The notes below the pieces were generated by a model. The model did no database searches, was not told the origin of the DNA, and saw nothing but the letters and a program-made list of their open reading frames with translations. 64,000 nucleotides of DNA from Bacteroidota bacterium (GTDB lineage Bacteria > Bacteroidota > Bacteroidia > AKYH767-A > OLB10). Shown here one piece after another: positions 36,012 through 46,266 of the stretch. A program made the position numbers and the translations under genes. Positions within the stretch are counted from its first letter, which is position 1. Every line of letters begins with the position of its first letter. The stretch is from assembly GCA_046340555.1 (NCBI GenBank), contig JBKDSL010000006.1:21480-85479 (forward strand), in the 5' to 3' direction.

Positions 36012-37097
36012 TCAGAACCTGTCTCGCAGGTCAGTCATTGGTTTTTCAAAATGCTTGTACAACAGGGTGGAGGCGGTTACAACTATGACCCAGTAAGAAA
36101 TGTAGATTGTTATCGATTGCAATGGGTTTTGCGGCATAAAATGTTTCTCCAAAACCATGGCTACCAGTCCAAGGTTTATCAGGTACATCGAATAGGAGAT
36201 GAGCGATATGTGGCGAATGGCTTTGCCAAATAAATTCCTGCAGGATTTCCAGCTCGCTGCTAGCGGTAGCATCATAGATGAGCCCAAGCCCATAGATGAA
36301 AAGTGCCATGTCATGGCATCGAAACCGGTCGGGTCCATGCTAATGAACCGCTTTGTCAAAATAAAAACCAAAACTCCTGTGATGAACAATGGCCATCTCC
36401 ATTTTTGGATGATGCTCTCGTAATAAAAGCAGAGCCATGCCATCAAAACTCCGTACATGATTGCATCTAACCTGGTGATAACTGTTTTTCTAAAGGTTAC
36501 ATCGAACCAAAATGCATCAAGTTTGGTTTCAGAGATCGAATATCTATACATCAATGGAAGAAACAATAGCAAGACGATTACTGAAAAGGTAATATGTTTG
36601 GGTTTTGCTTTTTTGCTTACGATGTATGATATGAAAACAATAAGCGCAGGTGTGATAAGGTAAAACCATTCTTCGACGGATAGGCTCCATGATTCCCAGA
36701 AGAAGTCGGTGAACGGATTGATAAGATTCTGGCAGAAAAAAACAAAGTTCCAGTTGAAATTATCGGTGTTTGCGTTGTTGAGTCCCCAATATGCAAATGC
36801 CAGGTTAAGTATCAAAACCAGGTAATATGCTGGAATAGTGCGGAACCACCTTCGTTTCCAAAAGTTTAAAAGTTCCGGGATCGATTCTATTTTGGAGGAT
36901 TCTTTAAGTCGGATCAGCATGCCCCCGATCAGGAAACCACTTAATACAAAAAACAACTCCACACCATCTGGAACACTGAAGCCAGGGAATCCTGGGATTG
37001 CTTTGTTAATAATGAATCCGCCATGGACGGTAACCACGCAAAGAATTGCAATGGCTCTGAATAAGTCAAGTCCGAAAATTCGCTCTTGCGTACTCAT
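36012..37097 (-). CDS. Acyltransferase family 3 (OafA/NolL-like) integral membrane protein
   Basis: N-terminal GLDLFRAIAILCVVTVHG motif followed by about 10 TM helices. Confidence 0.8.
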   Translation of the reverse strand: MSTQERIFGLDLFRAIAILCVVTVHGGFIINKAIPGFPGFSVPDGVELFFVLSGFLIGGMLIRLKESSKIESIPELLNFWKRRWFRTIPAYYLVLILNLAFAYWGLNNANTDNFNWNFVFFCQNLINPFTDFFWESWSLSVEEWFYLITPALIVFISYIVSKKAKPKHITFSVIVLLLFLPLMYRYSISETKLDAFWFDVTFRKTVITRLDAIMYGVLMAWLCFYYESIIQKWRWPLFITGVLVFILTKRFISMDPTGFDAMTWHFSSMGLGSSMMLPLAASWKSCRNLFGKAIRHISLISYSMYLINLGLVAMVLEKHFMPQNPLQSITIYISYWVIVVTASTLLYKHFEKPMTDLRDRF

Positions 37098-37115
37098 GGC
37101 AATTCTATTGATTTA

Positions 37116-38207
37116 TCACTTAGGTGCTTTTACGTAAAGTATGATTGCGATAATGCCGAAAACAATATTCGGTATCCAAACTGCAACAGCAGCATGTAAG
37201 TTGCCATTGGTAGCAAAGGTGGTGGTAACCTGCATGAACATTATATAGGTAAAGCTTAAAAGTATGCCGGCGCCGATTTGAATTCCAATTCCCCCTCTAA
37301 CTTTTTTAGAGGATAAGGAGACCCCAATCAGCGTCAATATGAAAGTAGCGAATGGGAAGGAGCTTCTTCTGTAGCGCTCCACCATGTCGAATTGTATTCC
37401 CTCAGCACCTCTTGCCCGCTTATCGGCAATAAATGCGTCCAATTCTTGATTGTCAAATGTAGTGATGTTGTTGTCTCGAGTCGAGAATTCTTCCGGGAGG
37501 AATCCAAATGTGGTATCCTTGATGGTTCCGGAGCTGAAGGTTTCCTGGTCTTTCTGAATTGTCCTGATGAACCAGTTTTCAGCTCTCCACTTGTTTCCCG
37601 TGCTGTCCCAAACCAAACGATTGCTGCTGAACTTGTACTTCAGCTCTAGATTCTCGAATTTCTCGTATGTGAATCGAAATCCTGATTTTTCTATGGTGTT
37701 AAAGCTTTCAAAATAAATGAATTCTCCGGGTTTGATTTGCCTGTGGATATTTCTGGCCTTAAGCACGTAAGGGTTTTTAATGTAGGTGTTTTCGAATGCA
37801 AGCCTTTTTTTATTTGCATCGGGAATCACCCAGCCGTTCAGGTAATATGAAGTGCATGCCAAAAGCGCTGCCACCGCCATGTAAGGCATCAGCATTCTGC
37901 GAAAACTAATGCCACTAGATAGTATGGCGACTATTTCAGTCTGAGCCGCCATTTTTGAAGTGAAAAAAATCACTGAAATGAATATGAAAAGCGGTGAAAA
38001 CAGGTTTGCGAAATAGGGTATGAACTTCAAATAGTAATCGAATACGATAGACTCAAAAGGCGCTTTCCTTTCAATGAAGTCATCTATTTTTTCGGAAATG
38101 TCAAAAACTATTGCAATCATGATGATGAGTGCGATAGCGAAAAGAAAAGTCGTTAGAAACTTCTTGACAATATACAGGTCCAAAATATTCAGTCCTTTTT
38201 TCAGCAT
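37116..38207 (-). CDS. LptF/LptG family LPS export permease (YjgP/YjgQ)
   Basis: MLKKGLNILDLYIVKKFLTTFLFAIALIIMIAIVFD N-terminus, a periplasmic beta-jellyroll region, and C-terminal TM helices. The ORF track extends to TTG 38252 (MEKQYDSKIRQETLR). The internal ATG at 38207 removes the overlap with tgt. Confidence 0.75.
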   Translation of the reverse strand: MLKKGLNILDLYIVKKFLTTFLFAIALIIMIAIVFDISEKIDDFIERKAPFESIVFDYYLKFIPYFANLFSPLFIFISVIFFTSKMAAQTEIVAILSSGISFRRMLMPYMAVAALLACTSYYLNGWVIPDANKKRLAFENTYIKNPYVLKARNIHRQIKPGEFIYFESFNTIEKSGFRFTYEKFENLELKYKFSSNRLVWDSTGNKWRAENWFIRTIQKDQETFSSGTIKDTTFGFLPEEFSTRDNNITTFDNQELDAFIADKRARGAEGIQFDMVERYRRSSFPFATFILTLIGVSLSSKKVRGGIGIQIGAGILLSFTYIMFMQVTTTFATNGNLHAAVAVWIPNIVFGIIAIILYVKAPK

Positions 38208-38209
38208 TC

Positions 38210-39340
38210 TCAAAGTCTCCTGCCTAATTTTTGAATCATATTGTTTTTCCAATCGCGGAAAGTGCCGTCTGTGATTTTTGACCTTGCTTCTCTTAGTAGG
38301 TTAACATAGAAACCGATATTGTGCAAAGTAGCGATTTGTGCGCCAAGCATTTCTTTGGATATCATCAAATGGCGCAAGTAAGCTTTTGAATAATCGTTGT
38401 CGACATAACTCACTCCATAAGGGTCGATAGGTGATAGGTCGTCTTTCCATTTTTCGTTCCGGATGTTGATGATTCCCTCCGAAGTGAATAACATGCCATT
38501 TCTTGCGTTTCTGGTTGGCATCACACAATCGAACATGTCTACTCCGAGGGAAATGCATTCCAATAAGTTTACCGGAGTGCCTACGCCCATTAAGTACCTT
38601 GGCTTGTCTTTTGGAAGGATATCGCAAACCGCTTCGGTCATTTCGTACATATCCTCCGCCGGCTCTCCGACTGAAAGTCCGCCGATGGCGTTCCCCGGGC
38701 AATTTGCTGAAGCAATGAATTCGGCTGATTCTTTCCTTAAGTCGGGATAGGTGCTGCCTTGGACAATAGGGAAAAGATATTGTTCGTATCCATATAGCGA
38801 TGGGGTTGAATCCAGATGTGTGATACATCGCTTTAGCCATCGATGGGTCATTTCCATGGATTTCCGAGCTGTTCTTTTTTCGCAAGGGTATGGAGTACAT
38901 TCATCAAATGCCATGATGATGTCTGCGCCTATGGCCCGTTGGATATCCATGGAGGTTTCTGGAGAGAGAAACCTTTTGGATCCGTCAATGTGCGAGCGGA
39001 AATAAACGCCTTCTTCCTTTATTTTGCGGGTATCGGCAAGGGAATATACTTGGTAACCACCGCTGTCTGTAAGAATAGGCCTATCCCAATTCATGAATCC
39101 GTGAAGTCCTCCCGCTTTGATGAGTAAGTCTGTTCCGGGGCGAAGATTCAAATGGTAAGTGTTTCCAAGTATGATATAGGCATTCGTGTCAGCTTTCAAA
39201 TCTCGTTGCTGTACACCTTTAACTGTTCCGGCTGTTCCAACGGGCATGAATACGGGAGTTGGTATTTCTCCGTGGTGGGTTTTGATGACTCCCGCCCGGG
39301 CCTTGCTGTTATTGTCAACTTGTTGGAGGCTGAAAAACAT
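38210..39340 (-). CDS. tgt: Queuine tRNA-ribosyltransferase (tRNA-guanine transglycosylase)
   Basis: GVIKTHHGEIPTPVFMPVGT, LGNTYHL, DSGGYQV, and the C-terminal zinc site CxC...C...H (CDILPKDK...). Confidence 0.9.
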   Translation of the reverse strand: MFFSLQQVDNNSKARAGVIKTHHGEIPTPVFMPVGTAGTVKGVQQRDLKADTNAYIILGNTYHLNLRPGTDLLIKAGGLHGFMNWDRPILTDSGGYQVYSLADTRKIKEEGVYFRSHIDGSKRFLSPETSMDIQRAIGADIIMAFDECTPYPCEKRTARKSMEMTHRWLKRCITHLDSTPSLYGYEQYLFPIVQGSTYPDLRKESAEFIASANCPGNAIGGLSVGEPAEDMYEMTEAVCDILPKDKPRYLMGVGTPVNLLECISLGVDMFDCVMPTRNARNGMLFTSEGIINIRNEKWKDDLSPIDPYGVSYVDNDYSKAYLRHLMISKEMLGAQIATLHNIGFYVNLLREARSKITDGTFRDWKNNMIQKLGRRL

Positions 39341-39439
39341 GATACTACGTGTGGGATTGGCGAACGTGTTAATATCTTGTCAAAAGTAGAAATTTATATT
39401 CTTGACTGCCTTTTTAGTTTTGCATCTCGATTTTACGTG

Positions 39440-40564
39440 ATGATGAATTTTGAATTTTCCTGGCAGTGGTGGGTAGTTGCAATCGGAGCTATTGCGTTAT
39501 TGGTACAATTTGGGCATTTGTTTTTCAGGTTTGCTTTGGTTGCTTTCCATAGGCCCTCCAATCAATTTGACTCAAAAGAGCCTGTGTCGGTCATAATTTG
39601 TGCCAGGAATGAGTTGCGAAACCTGCAGCAGTTTCTGTTGTCGGTCTTGACTCAGAATTATCCGGATTATCAGGTTGTGGTAGTAAATGATTGTTCTTGG
39701 GATGAAAGTGAGAAGTATTTGGATGAAATGGCTCTGAATTATCCCCATTTGAAGGTCGTAACCATCCGTGAGCAAGAAAAATACATTCATGGAAAGAAGT
39801 TTGCCGTATCCTTGGGCGTGAAGGCTGCCTCCCACGATTTGCTATTGTTGACAGATGCGGATTGCAAGCCGGTTTCATCTGATTGGATTAGTCGGATGAC
39901 TTCGTCCTACAGTCCTGGAACTGAAATAGTGGTAGGCTATGGGGCATACATGAAATCAGGCGGTCTTTTAAATCGACTAATTCGATTCGACACTGTTTTT
40001 AGTGCCATTCAGTTTTTATCAGCCGCCCTGGCTGGTAAGGCATATATGGGCGTTGGCCGTAACCTTTCTTATCGAAAATCATTGTTTTTTAAAAATAAAG
40101 GATTTGCAAAACACAATCACGTTCTTTCGGGCGATGATGACCTTTTTGTAAACGAAACCGCTAGAAAAGATAATGTTAAGGTTCAGATACACCCTGATTC
40201 TTTCACTTTGTCTGTTCCTCAAAAGACCTTTGGAGGATGGTTTCGTCAAAAGCGAAGGCATCAAAGTACGTCTGCTTATTACAAGCCTGGTCATCGTTGG
40301 CAAATTGGCTCCATGTTTTTTTCTCATCTGATTTACATGTTGGCCACAGCATTTTTATTGGTTGTGTGGTTTCAGCCATATTGGGTTTTAGGTGTGTTTG
40401 GCTTTTGGTTGTTAGCCCGATTGATTATATTTGGCATGTCAATGAAGAAGCTGGGAGAGCTCGACAATCTCTGGATGCTGCCGCTTTTTGACATCGTAAT
40501 TTGGTTTCTTTATCCTGCCTTAGCCCTTTCCAATTCAATTAGCAAGCCTAAAACCTGGAGATAA
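39440..40564 (+). CDS. Glycosyltransferase family 2, membrane-anchored
   Basis: N-terminal TM helix, VSVIICARNE, VVVNDCSWDES, and a TDADC DxD-type motif. The ORF-track N-terminal extension (39152-39439) overlaps tgt and has no support. Confidence 0.7.
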   Translation: MMNFEFSWQWWVVAIGAIALLVQFGHLFFRFALVAFHRPSNQFDSKEPVSVIICARNELRNLQQFLLSVLTQNYPDYQVVVVNDCSWDESEKYLDEMALNYPHLKVVTIREQEKYIHGKKFAVSLGVKAASHDLLLLTDADCKPVSSDWISRMTSSYSPGTEIVVGYGAYMKSGGLLNRLIRFDTVFSAIQFLSAALAGKAYMGVGRNLSYRKSLFFKNKGFAKHNHVLSGDDDLFVNETARKDNVKVQIHPDSFTLSVPQKTFGGWFRQKRRHQSTSAYYKPGHRWQIGSMFFSHLIYMLATAFLLVVWFQPYWVLGVFGFWLLARLIIFGMSMKKLGELDNLWMLPLFDIVIWFLYPALALSNSISKPKTWR

Positions 40565-41199
40565 TGTCAGATGAACAGCAAGTCGGTTCGGCCGAAGTGA
40601 ATCCTAACTTGAGTGAAAAGGCGGTTAAAGACTATGCCTTGGTCCGCGATGCAGTTGATCATGGAGACCAGAAGGCTTATGCTGAATTGATGTCTCGATA
40701 CAAGGATTCGATTTACTTCATGCTCTTGAAAATGGTCAATAACCGTGACGACGCCGACGACTTGACCATAGAGGCTTTTGGTAAGGCCTTTCGAAATCTT
40801 AAGCAATACACACCCGATTACGCTTTCAGTACCTGGTTATTCAAGATTGCCACCAACAATTGTATCGATTTCATCCGCAAAAAGCGCAAAATGACCCTTT
40901 CCTTGGATAGGGGATTTGATACTGAAGACGGAGGAGAAATCACCTTGGAGGTGAAATCCAACACCCCTGATCCAGAGGAGCACATGATGAAAAAACAAAA
41001 TGTGATCCTGATGCGGGATGTTGTTGAGAGGTTAAAGCCTCGTTATCGCCGATTGGTGGAGCTAAGGTATTTCCAGGAGCGCTCCTACGAAGAGATTTCA
41101 GATGAGCTCAAGCTTCCTTTGGGAACGGTAAAGGCACAGCTTTTCAGGGCTAGGGAATTCTTGTACCAGATTATGAAGAGCTCTGGACACAAATTGTAG
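40564..41199 (+). CDS. RNA polymerase sigma-70 family sigma factor (ECF-type region 2 plus region 4)
   Basis: Region 2 FKIATNNCIDFIRKKRK and region 4 SYEEISDELKLPLGTVKAQLFRAR. Its start overlaps the GT2 stop in a TAATG arrangement. Confidence 0.8.
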   Translation: MSDEQQVGSAEVNPNLSEKAVKDYALVRDAVDHGDQKAYAELMSRYKDSIYFMLLKMVNNRDDADDLTIEAFGKAFRNLKQYTPDYAFSTWLFKIATNNCIDFIRKKRKMTLSLDRGFDTEDGGEITLEVKSNTPDPEEHMMKKQNVILMRDVVERLKPRYRRLVELRYFQERSYEEISDELKLPLGTVKAQLFRAREFLYQIMKSSGHKL

Positions 41200-41231
41200 T
41201 ATCCATCATTTTCCAAAATAACTAGTTCAGC

Positions 41232-41861
41232 ATGGAAGGTGTTTCCGTTATAACCAAGTATTTTAAAAACTTGGACGACCTTCAATTGCAACGGTTTACC
41301 CAACTTGGGGCATTGTACGCAACATGGAACGAGCGCGTGAATCTGGTCTCACGAAAAGACATAGAACACCTATATGAACGGCATATTTTGCATTCGCTGT
41401 CAATTGCCAGGTTTATAAAATTTAAGCCGGATGTTAAGGTGATGGATTTAGGCACAGGAGGCGGGTTTCCCGGTATTCCTTTGGCTATTTGTTTTCCCGA
41501 AGTTCAGTTTACCTTGATAGATTCTATTGCCAAGAAAATGCGGGTGGTTGAAGATTTGGTTCAAGTGTTGGGTCTAAAGAATGTGAATACCATTGTGGGC
41601 AGAGCCGAGAACATAAAAGGTAGTTTCGATTATGTAGTGAGTAGGGCCGTTGCTCCTTTGTCTGAAATTTATGCTTGGACTGGAAAGTCAATAGCTAAAA
41701 AGCAGCAACATGCCATGCCAAACGGCATCATTTGTCTTAAAGGAGGTGATTTGAGAGATGAGCTAATGCCCTTCAAAAACAGGGTTGAGGTGCACGAAAT
41801 CCACGATTGGTTCGATGAAGAATTCTTCGAAACCAAGAAGTTGGTGTACTTGCCTTGTTGA
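41232..41861 (+). CDS. rsmG: 16S rRNA (guanine527-N7)-methyltransferase
   Basis: SAM-binding MDLGTGGGFPGIPLAI, plus the GidB-family arrangement. Confidence 0.85.
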   Translation: MEGVSVITKYFKNLDDLQLQRFTQLGALYATWNERVNLVSRKDIEHLYERHILHSLSIARFIKFKPDVKVMDLGTGGGFPGIPLAICFPEVQFTLIDSIAKKMRVVEDLVQVLGLKNVNTIVGRAENIKGSFDYVVSRAVAPLSEIYAWTGKSIAKKQQHAMPNGIICLKGGDLRDELMPFKNRVEVHEIHDWFDEEFFETKKLVYLPC

Positions 41862-41951
41862 AAATCAGGTGTTTAAGAAATTAATTCGGTGTAATTGCTT
41901 TCGGATGATTTTTATCCTTATTTTTGCACTCCGTTTCAAATAGATACAGTC

Positions 41952-42116
41952 ATGAAAAGGACATTTCAGCCATCAGCAAGAAAGAGAAGAAATAAGCACG
42001 GATTTCGTGAGCGTATGGCGTCTGCCAACGGTCGTCGCGTGCTAGCAGCTCGCAGAGCAAAAGGACGTCACAAGCTTACCGTGTCTGATGAGGATACGAT
42101 GCGCCGCCACCATTGA
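41952..42116 (+). CDS. rpmH: 50S ribosomal protein L34
   Basis: [44 protein letters not shown] is near-identical to the L34 consensus. The ORF-track ORF begins upstream at 41895. Confidence 0.85.
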   Translation: MKRTFQPSARKRRNKHGFRERMASANGRRVLAARRAKGRHKLTVSDEDTMRRHH

Positions 42117-42136
42117 TTCTAACCTAAAAACATATT

Positions 42137-42168
42137 AAAGCCGTCGGGTTTACCTGACGGCTTTTTTA
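42137..42168 (+). terminator. Rho-independent terminator after rpmH
   Basis: AAAGCCGTCGGGT-TTACC-TGACGGCTTT hairpin followed by TTTTATTTTT. Confidence 0.7.
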
Positions 42169-43005
42169 TTTTTCACAGTTTAGGATAATCGTTACCAATT
42201 CGCTTTTTCGCTCGTAAAGCCGATGCCCTGAATCCAAAACATGCAAACGGCCAAATGGTTGGATTCTATTCATGAATCTTTCACCTTGGGAAACTGGTAT
42301 AACCGTATCATTATTGCCGAAAACCAAATGGGTTATGATCCCCTTTTTTCGAATGTTTATAGCGATTTGTGCTAGGTTAGGAATGGTTTTCCTGTGCGAC
42401 ATCCAGCTTAGGTATACCAATTCCCGGGATTTTTCATGCGTGATTTGATGGATGAAATAGTCAGAGGTCCGTTTCGTATAAATACCCAACTTTGCGAATA
42501 ATCGTATCAACGCCACAACCCTGGTTGGGTTTTTCCTGAAGTTGCCCATCAAGTATCGTCCAAGTTGCGTTGCTGTTACGAAACGGTATCCGGGATGGTA
42601 TCGAAGCGCATCAGGAGCCATCAAATACAAATTGTCTATTCTATTAGGAACCAGTTCCACCATATTCAAAGCCAATCGCCCTCCAAAACTGTGAGCCATC
42701 ACCGAAAAGGATTCAATATCCAAGGCCTTAATCAACTCGATAAAAGCGTTTTTCAGTTCAATCGTATTGAATGCGTCTTCGGCATTTGTAGCAGCGAAAT
42801 TACTGCCGTGATGGATTAGGGAAACGGCTGCGACTCTGAATTTGCCCTCCAACTTGGAGCCCAGATCCAAGAGGTCTTGATAGCTCCTGTTGAATCCATG
42901 AAAAGCAATCAGTGTTTCTGGGCCATATCCATAAACATGAATCTGCCAAGTAATCCTACCTGAATCCACAGAAATGCGTTTTGGTTTATCCACGATAGCC
43001 CTCAA
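42166..43005 (-). CDS. Alpha/beta-fold hydrolase
   Basis: HGFNRS oxyanion region, nucleophile elbow AHSFGG, and a C-terminal His-containing motif (DSGHR). Confidence 0.7.
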   Translation of the reverse strand: MRAIVDKPKRISVDSGRITWQIHVYGYGPETLIAFHGFNRSYQDLLDLGSKLEGKFRVAAVSLIHHGSNFAATNAEDAFNTIELKNAFIELIKALDIESFSVMAHSFGGRLALNMVELVPNRIDNLYLMAPDALRYHPGYRFVTATQLGRYLMGNFRKNPTRVVALIRLFAKLGIYTKRTSDYFIHQITHEKSRELVYLSWMSHRKTIPNLAQIAINIRKKGIITHLVFGNNDTVIPVSQGERFMNRIQPFGRLHVLDSGHRLYERKSELVTIILNCEK

Positions 43006-43141
43006 TATTGTGAAAAAATACTCCTTCTTTATTTATCCACAGGGCTATTCCCCATTTTTTTTAATGGTATTTTTACCCTTAGACCAGTCTTGTAGCCCCT
43101 TCCCACGTGGACTGGTTTACTAATCTAATAACCAGTATTTT

Positions 43142-45991
43142 ATGCCAAAAGATCCGTCAATAAAATCGGTCCTCATTATCGGAAGCGGTCCAATCATAAT
43201 TGGTCAGGCTTGCGAGTTCGATTACAGTGGTTCACAAGCATCCCGTTCTCTGAAGGAGGAGGGTGTTGAGGTGTCTCTGATCAATTCCAATCCGGCTACC
43301 ATAATGACCGACAAGGTTACGGCAGATCATATTTACCTGCTGCCTTTGACCACTGATTCCATCGAGAAAATATTACAGGAGCGCAAGATCGATGCGGTAT
43401 TGCCAACTATGGGCGGTCAAACTGCTTTGAATCTTTGCAAAGAGGCAGATGAGCGTGGTATTTGGAAGAAATACGGTGTTCGCATAATCGGTGTGAACAT
43501 TGCAGCTATTGAGACCACCGAGAATCGTGAATTGTTCAGGCAACTCATGGTGGATATTGGTGTTGGGGTAGCTCCCTCCAAAATCGCAAACTCATTCCTC
43601 GAAGGGAAGGAAATCGCACAGAAACTAGGTTACCCATTGGTGATACGTCCTTCCTACACATTGGGAGGTACAGGTGCCGGCTTTGTTTACAAAAAGGAGG
43701 AGTTCGAAGAAAAGTTGATGCGTGGATTACAGGCCTCCCCAATTCACGAAGTACTGATTGAAAAGGCTGTCTTCGGTTGGAAGGAATTCGAGTTGGAGTT
43801 ACTGCGCGACAATAAGGATAACGTGATCATCATCTGTTCGATTGAGAATTTCGATCCGATGGGAATACATACCGGCGACTCCATCACGGTAGCCCCTGCC
43901 ATGACCTTGAGCGATAAAACCTACCAACACATGCGCAACTTGGCCATCAAGATGATGCGTTCCATTGGTGAGTTTGCAGGTGGATGCAATGTGCAGTTCG
44001 CCGTCAATCCGGAGGATGAGTCCATCATCGCTGTCGAAATCAATCCGCGTGTTTCCCGCTCCTCTGCATTGGCGTCCAAGGCCACCGGCTACCCGATTGC
44101 CAAGATTGCAGCCAAGATGGCAATAGGTTACAACCTTGACGAATTACAAAACCAGATTACGGGCTCTACATCCGCTTTTTTCGAGCCTACTTTGGATTAT
44201 GTTATTGTAAAAATTCCACGTTGGAATTTTGATAAGTTCCCAGGGGCGGATCGTTCACTAGGCTTGCAGATGAAATCCGTTGGCGAAGCCATGGGTATCG
44301 GTCGCAGTTTTGCCGAAGCACTTCAGAAGGCCTGCCAGTCACTCGAGATAAATCGATTGGGATTGGGCGCCGATGGAAAAGGTTGGACCCGTGTAGACGA
44401 TATTGTTCACAGCATGGAACATCCCTCTTGGGATCGTCTTTTCCACATTAAGGAGGCACTTCGCCTTGGTGTCCCTATTCAATCTGTGCATAATCTTACC
44501 AAGGTAGATAAGTGGTTCCTGAATGAAATACAGCAGTTGGTGCAGATTGAAGCTGAATTGCGTCGCTATCAACTCAACAATATACCAGCCGACCTGATGC
44601 TTGAAATCAAGCAGAAGGGATATGCGGATGCGCAAATCGCACATTTGCTTGGCAACGTAAACGAGGACGAGGTTTATCAGCGAAGAAAAGAAATTGGAGT
44701 AAGAAGGGTTTACAAAATGGTTGACACTTGTGCCGCCGAGTTCCCATCGCATACACCATATCTCTACTCCACATTTGAGGCGGCTTATCGCAAAGCGGAT
44801 GGAGAACTTGCTGCGGAAAATGAATCGGTTGTGTCAGATAAGAAAAAAGTCATCGTTTTGGGCTCTGGTCCGAACCGGATCGGGCAAGGTATCGAGTTCG
44901 ATTATTCCTGTGTACATGGCATCCTAGCGGCTCGAGAGTCGGGCTTTGAAGCTATTATGGTAAACTGTAATCCTGAAACTGTTTCAACCGATTTCGACAT
45001 AGCAGACAAGCTTTATTTCGAACCGGTTTTCTGGGAACATATCTATGAGCTCATCGAATATGAGAAGCCTGAAGGAGTTATAGTGCAATTAGGTGGACAA
45101 ACCGCGCTGAAGTTGTCTGAACGTTTACATCAGAACGGTATCAATATCATCGGCACTTCATTCGATAGTATGGATCTCGCTGAAGACCGTGGTCGATTCT
45201 CTGATTTGTTGAAGAGCTTGGAAATCCCATATCCACTTTACGGAGTTGCTGAATCAGCCGAAGAAGCGCTAGTGGTTGCCAATAAAGTCGGTTACCCTGT
45301 CTTGGTTAGACCATCTTACGTTTTGGGCGGTCAAGGCATGAGTATTGTAATCAATGACGAGGAGCTGGAAATCGCTGTAATCAAATTGCTTAAAAACCTT
45401 CCAGGAAATCGCGTATTGATCGACCACTTCTTGGATAGAGCTGAAGAAGCTGAGGCGGATGTGATTTGCGATGGAGAGAACATACAGTTTATTGGATTGA
45501 TGGAGCACATTGAGCCTGCTGGAATCCATTCGGGCGACTCCTACGCTGTATTGCCTCCATTCAGTTTGTCGGAATCTGTATTGGATCAGATGAAAGAATA
45601 CGCTCGCAAAATTGCTTTGGCTCTTAATGTGCGCGGACTACTCAACATCCAATATGCTATCAAAAAGGAAAAGGTTTATGTGATTGAGGCCAATCCACGT
45701 GCCTCCAGAACAGTTCCTTTCATTGCCAAAGCCCATCAGGTTCCTTATATCAACATTGCCACTAAGGTGATGTTGGGAGCCAAGAAGCTTTCCGATTTCA
45801 AAATAGCTCCGGCTTCATTTGGTTATGCCATTAAGGAGCCCGTTTTCTCATTCGACAAATTCCCGAATGTAAACAAGGAGCTTGGTCCTGAGATGAAATC
45901 CACCGGTGAAGCCATTCGTTTCATCGACACCATTGAAGATCCATATTTCAGAAACCTCTACAAGGAGAAGTCCATGTATCTGAGCCGTTAA
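43142..45991 (+). CDS. carB: Carbamoyl-phosphate synthase large subunit (949 aa; two ATP-grasp halves, no C-terminal MGS-like domain)
   Basis: Starts [26 protein letters not shown]. The second half repeats [26 protein letters not shown]. Unmistakable CarB duplication. Confidence 0.9.
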   Translation: MPKDPSIKSVLIIGSGPIIIGQACEFDYSGSQASRSLKEEGVEVSLINSNPATIMTDKVTADHIYLLPLTTDSIEKILQERKIDAVLPTMGGQTALNLCKEADERGIWKKYGVRIIGVNIAAIETTENRELFRQLMVDIGVGVAPSKIANSFLEGKEIAQKLGYPLVIRPSYTLGGTGAGFVYKKEEFEEKLMRGLQASPIHEVLIEKAVFGWKEFELELLRDNKDNVIIICSIENFDPMGIHTGDSITVAPAMTLSDKTYQHMRNLAIKMMRSIGEFAGGCNVQFAVNPEDESIIAVEINPRVSRSSALASKATGYPIAKIAAKMAIGYNLDELQNQITGSTSAFFEPTLDYVIVKIPRWNFDKFPGADRSLGLQMKSVGEAMGIGRSFAEALQKACQSLEINRLGLGADGKGWTRVDDIVHSMEHPSWDRLFHIKEALRLGVPIQSVHNLTKVDKWFLNEIQQLVQIEAELRRYQLNNIPADLMLEIKQKGYADAQIAHLLGNVNEDEVYQRRKEIGVRRVYKMVDTCAAEFPSHTPYLYSTFEAAYRKADGELAAENESVVSDKKKVIVLGSGPNRIGQGIEFDYSCVHGILAARESGFEAIMVNCNPETVSTDFDIADKLYFEPVFWEHIYELIEYEKPEGVIVQLGGQTALKLSERLHQNGINIIGTSFDSMDLAEDRGRFSDLLKSLEIPYPLYGVAESAEEALVVANKVGYPVLVRPSYVLGGQGMSIVINDEELEIAVIKLLKNLPGNRVLIDHFLDRAEEAEADVICDGENIQFIGLMEHIEPAGIHSGDSYAVLPPFSLSESVLDQMKEYARKIALALNVRGLLNIQYAIKKEKVYVIEANPRASRTVPFIAKAHQVPYINIATKVMLGAKKLSDFKIAPASFGYAIKEPVFSFDKFPNVNKELGPEMKSTGEAIRFIDTIEDPYFRNLYKEKSMYLSR

Positions 45992-46004
45992 TCAGAACAA
46001 TCCC

Positions 46005-46241
46005 ATGTTGAAATTCCTACTGATAATCCTTTGTGTTTTCCTTCTGCTTCGCATGTTTACGCGAAACATGGTAGCATCATCATTTGCCGACATGCAACAA
46101 AAGATGCGGGATGAGATGCATCGTCGAAATAAGGCTTCCAATCCACAAAAGCCCGAAGGACATGTTTCCATTAGTGGTGACAGTAAACCATCCGCCACCG
46201 AAAAGGGAGGCGAGTATGTTGACTACGAGGAAATCAAATAA
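46005..46241 (+). CDS. DUF4834 family small membrane protein
   Basis: N-terminal TM helix (MLKFLLIILCVFLLL), a charged middle, and the C-terminal GEYVDYEEIK typical of the family. Confidence 0.6.
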   Translation: MLKFLLIILCVFLLLRMFTRNMVASSFADMQQKMRDEMHRRNKASNPQKPEGHVSISGDSKPSATEKGGEYVDYEEIK

Positions 46242-46266
46242 ACCAATTCTAAGTAAATCATAGCCT

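Noticed and set aside
38161-38275. Apparent 1-nt discrepancy between my manual indexing of the displayed sequence and the ORF-track coordinates, considered as a frameshift
   Set aside because: The discrepancy resynchronises by 39338. It is most likely a counting slip of mine rather than biology, so I kept the ORF-track coordinates and did not call a frameshift.
38301-38900. 199-aa minus-strand ORF inside tgt in another frame
   Set aside because: It is Arg/His-rich junk translation. tgt motifs occupy the same DNA in the correct frame.
39152-39439. 96-aa N-terminal extension of the GT2 ORF as given in the ORF track
   Set aside because: It overlaps the 5-prime end of tgt on the opposite strand and has no glycosyltransferase features. 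The conserved GT2 N-terminus and TM helix begin at ATG 39440.
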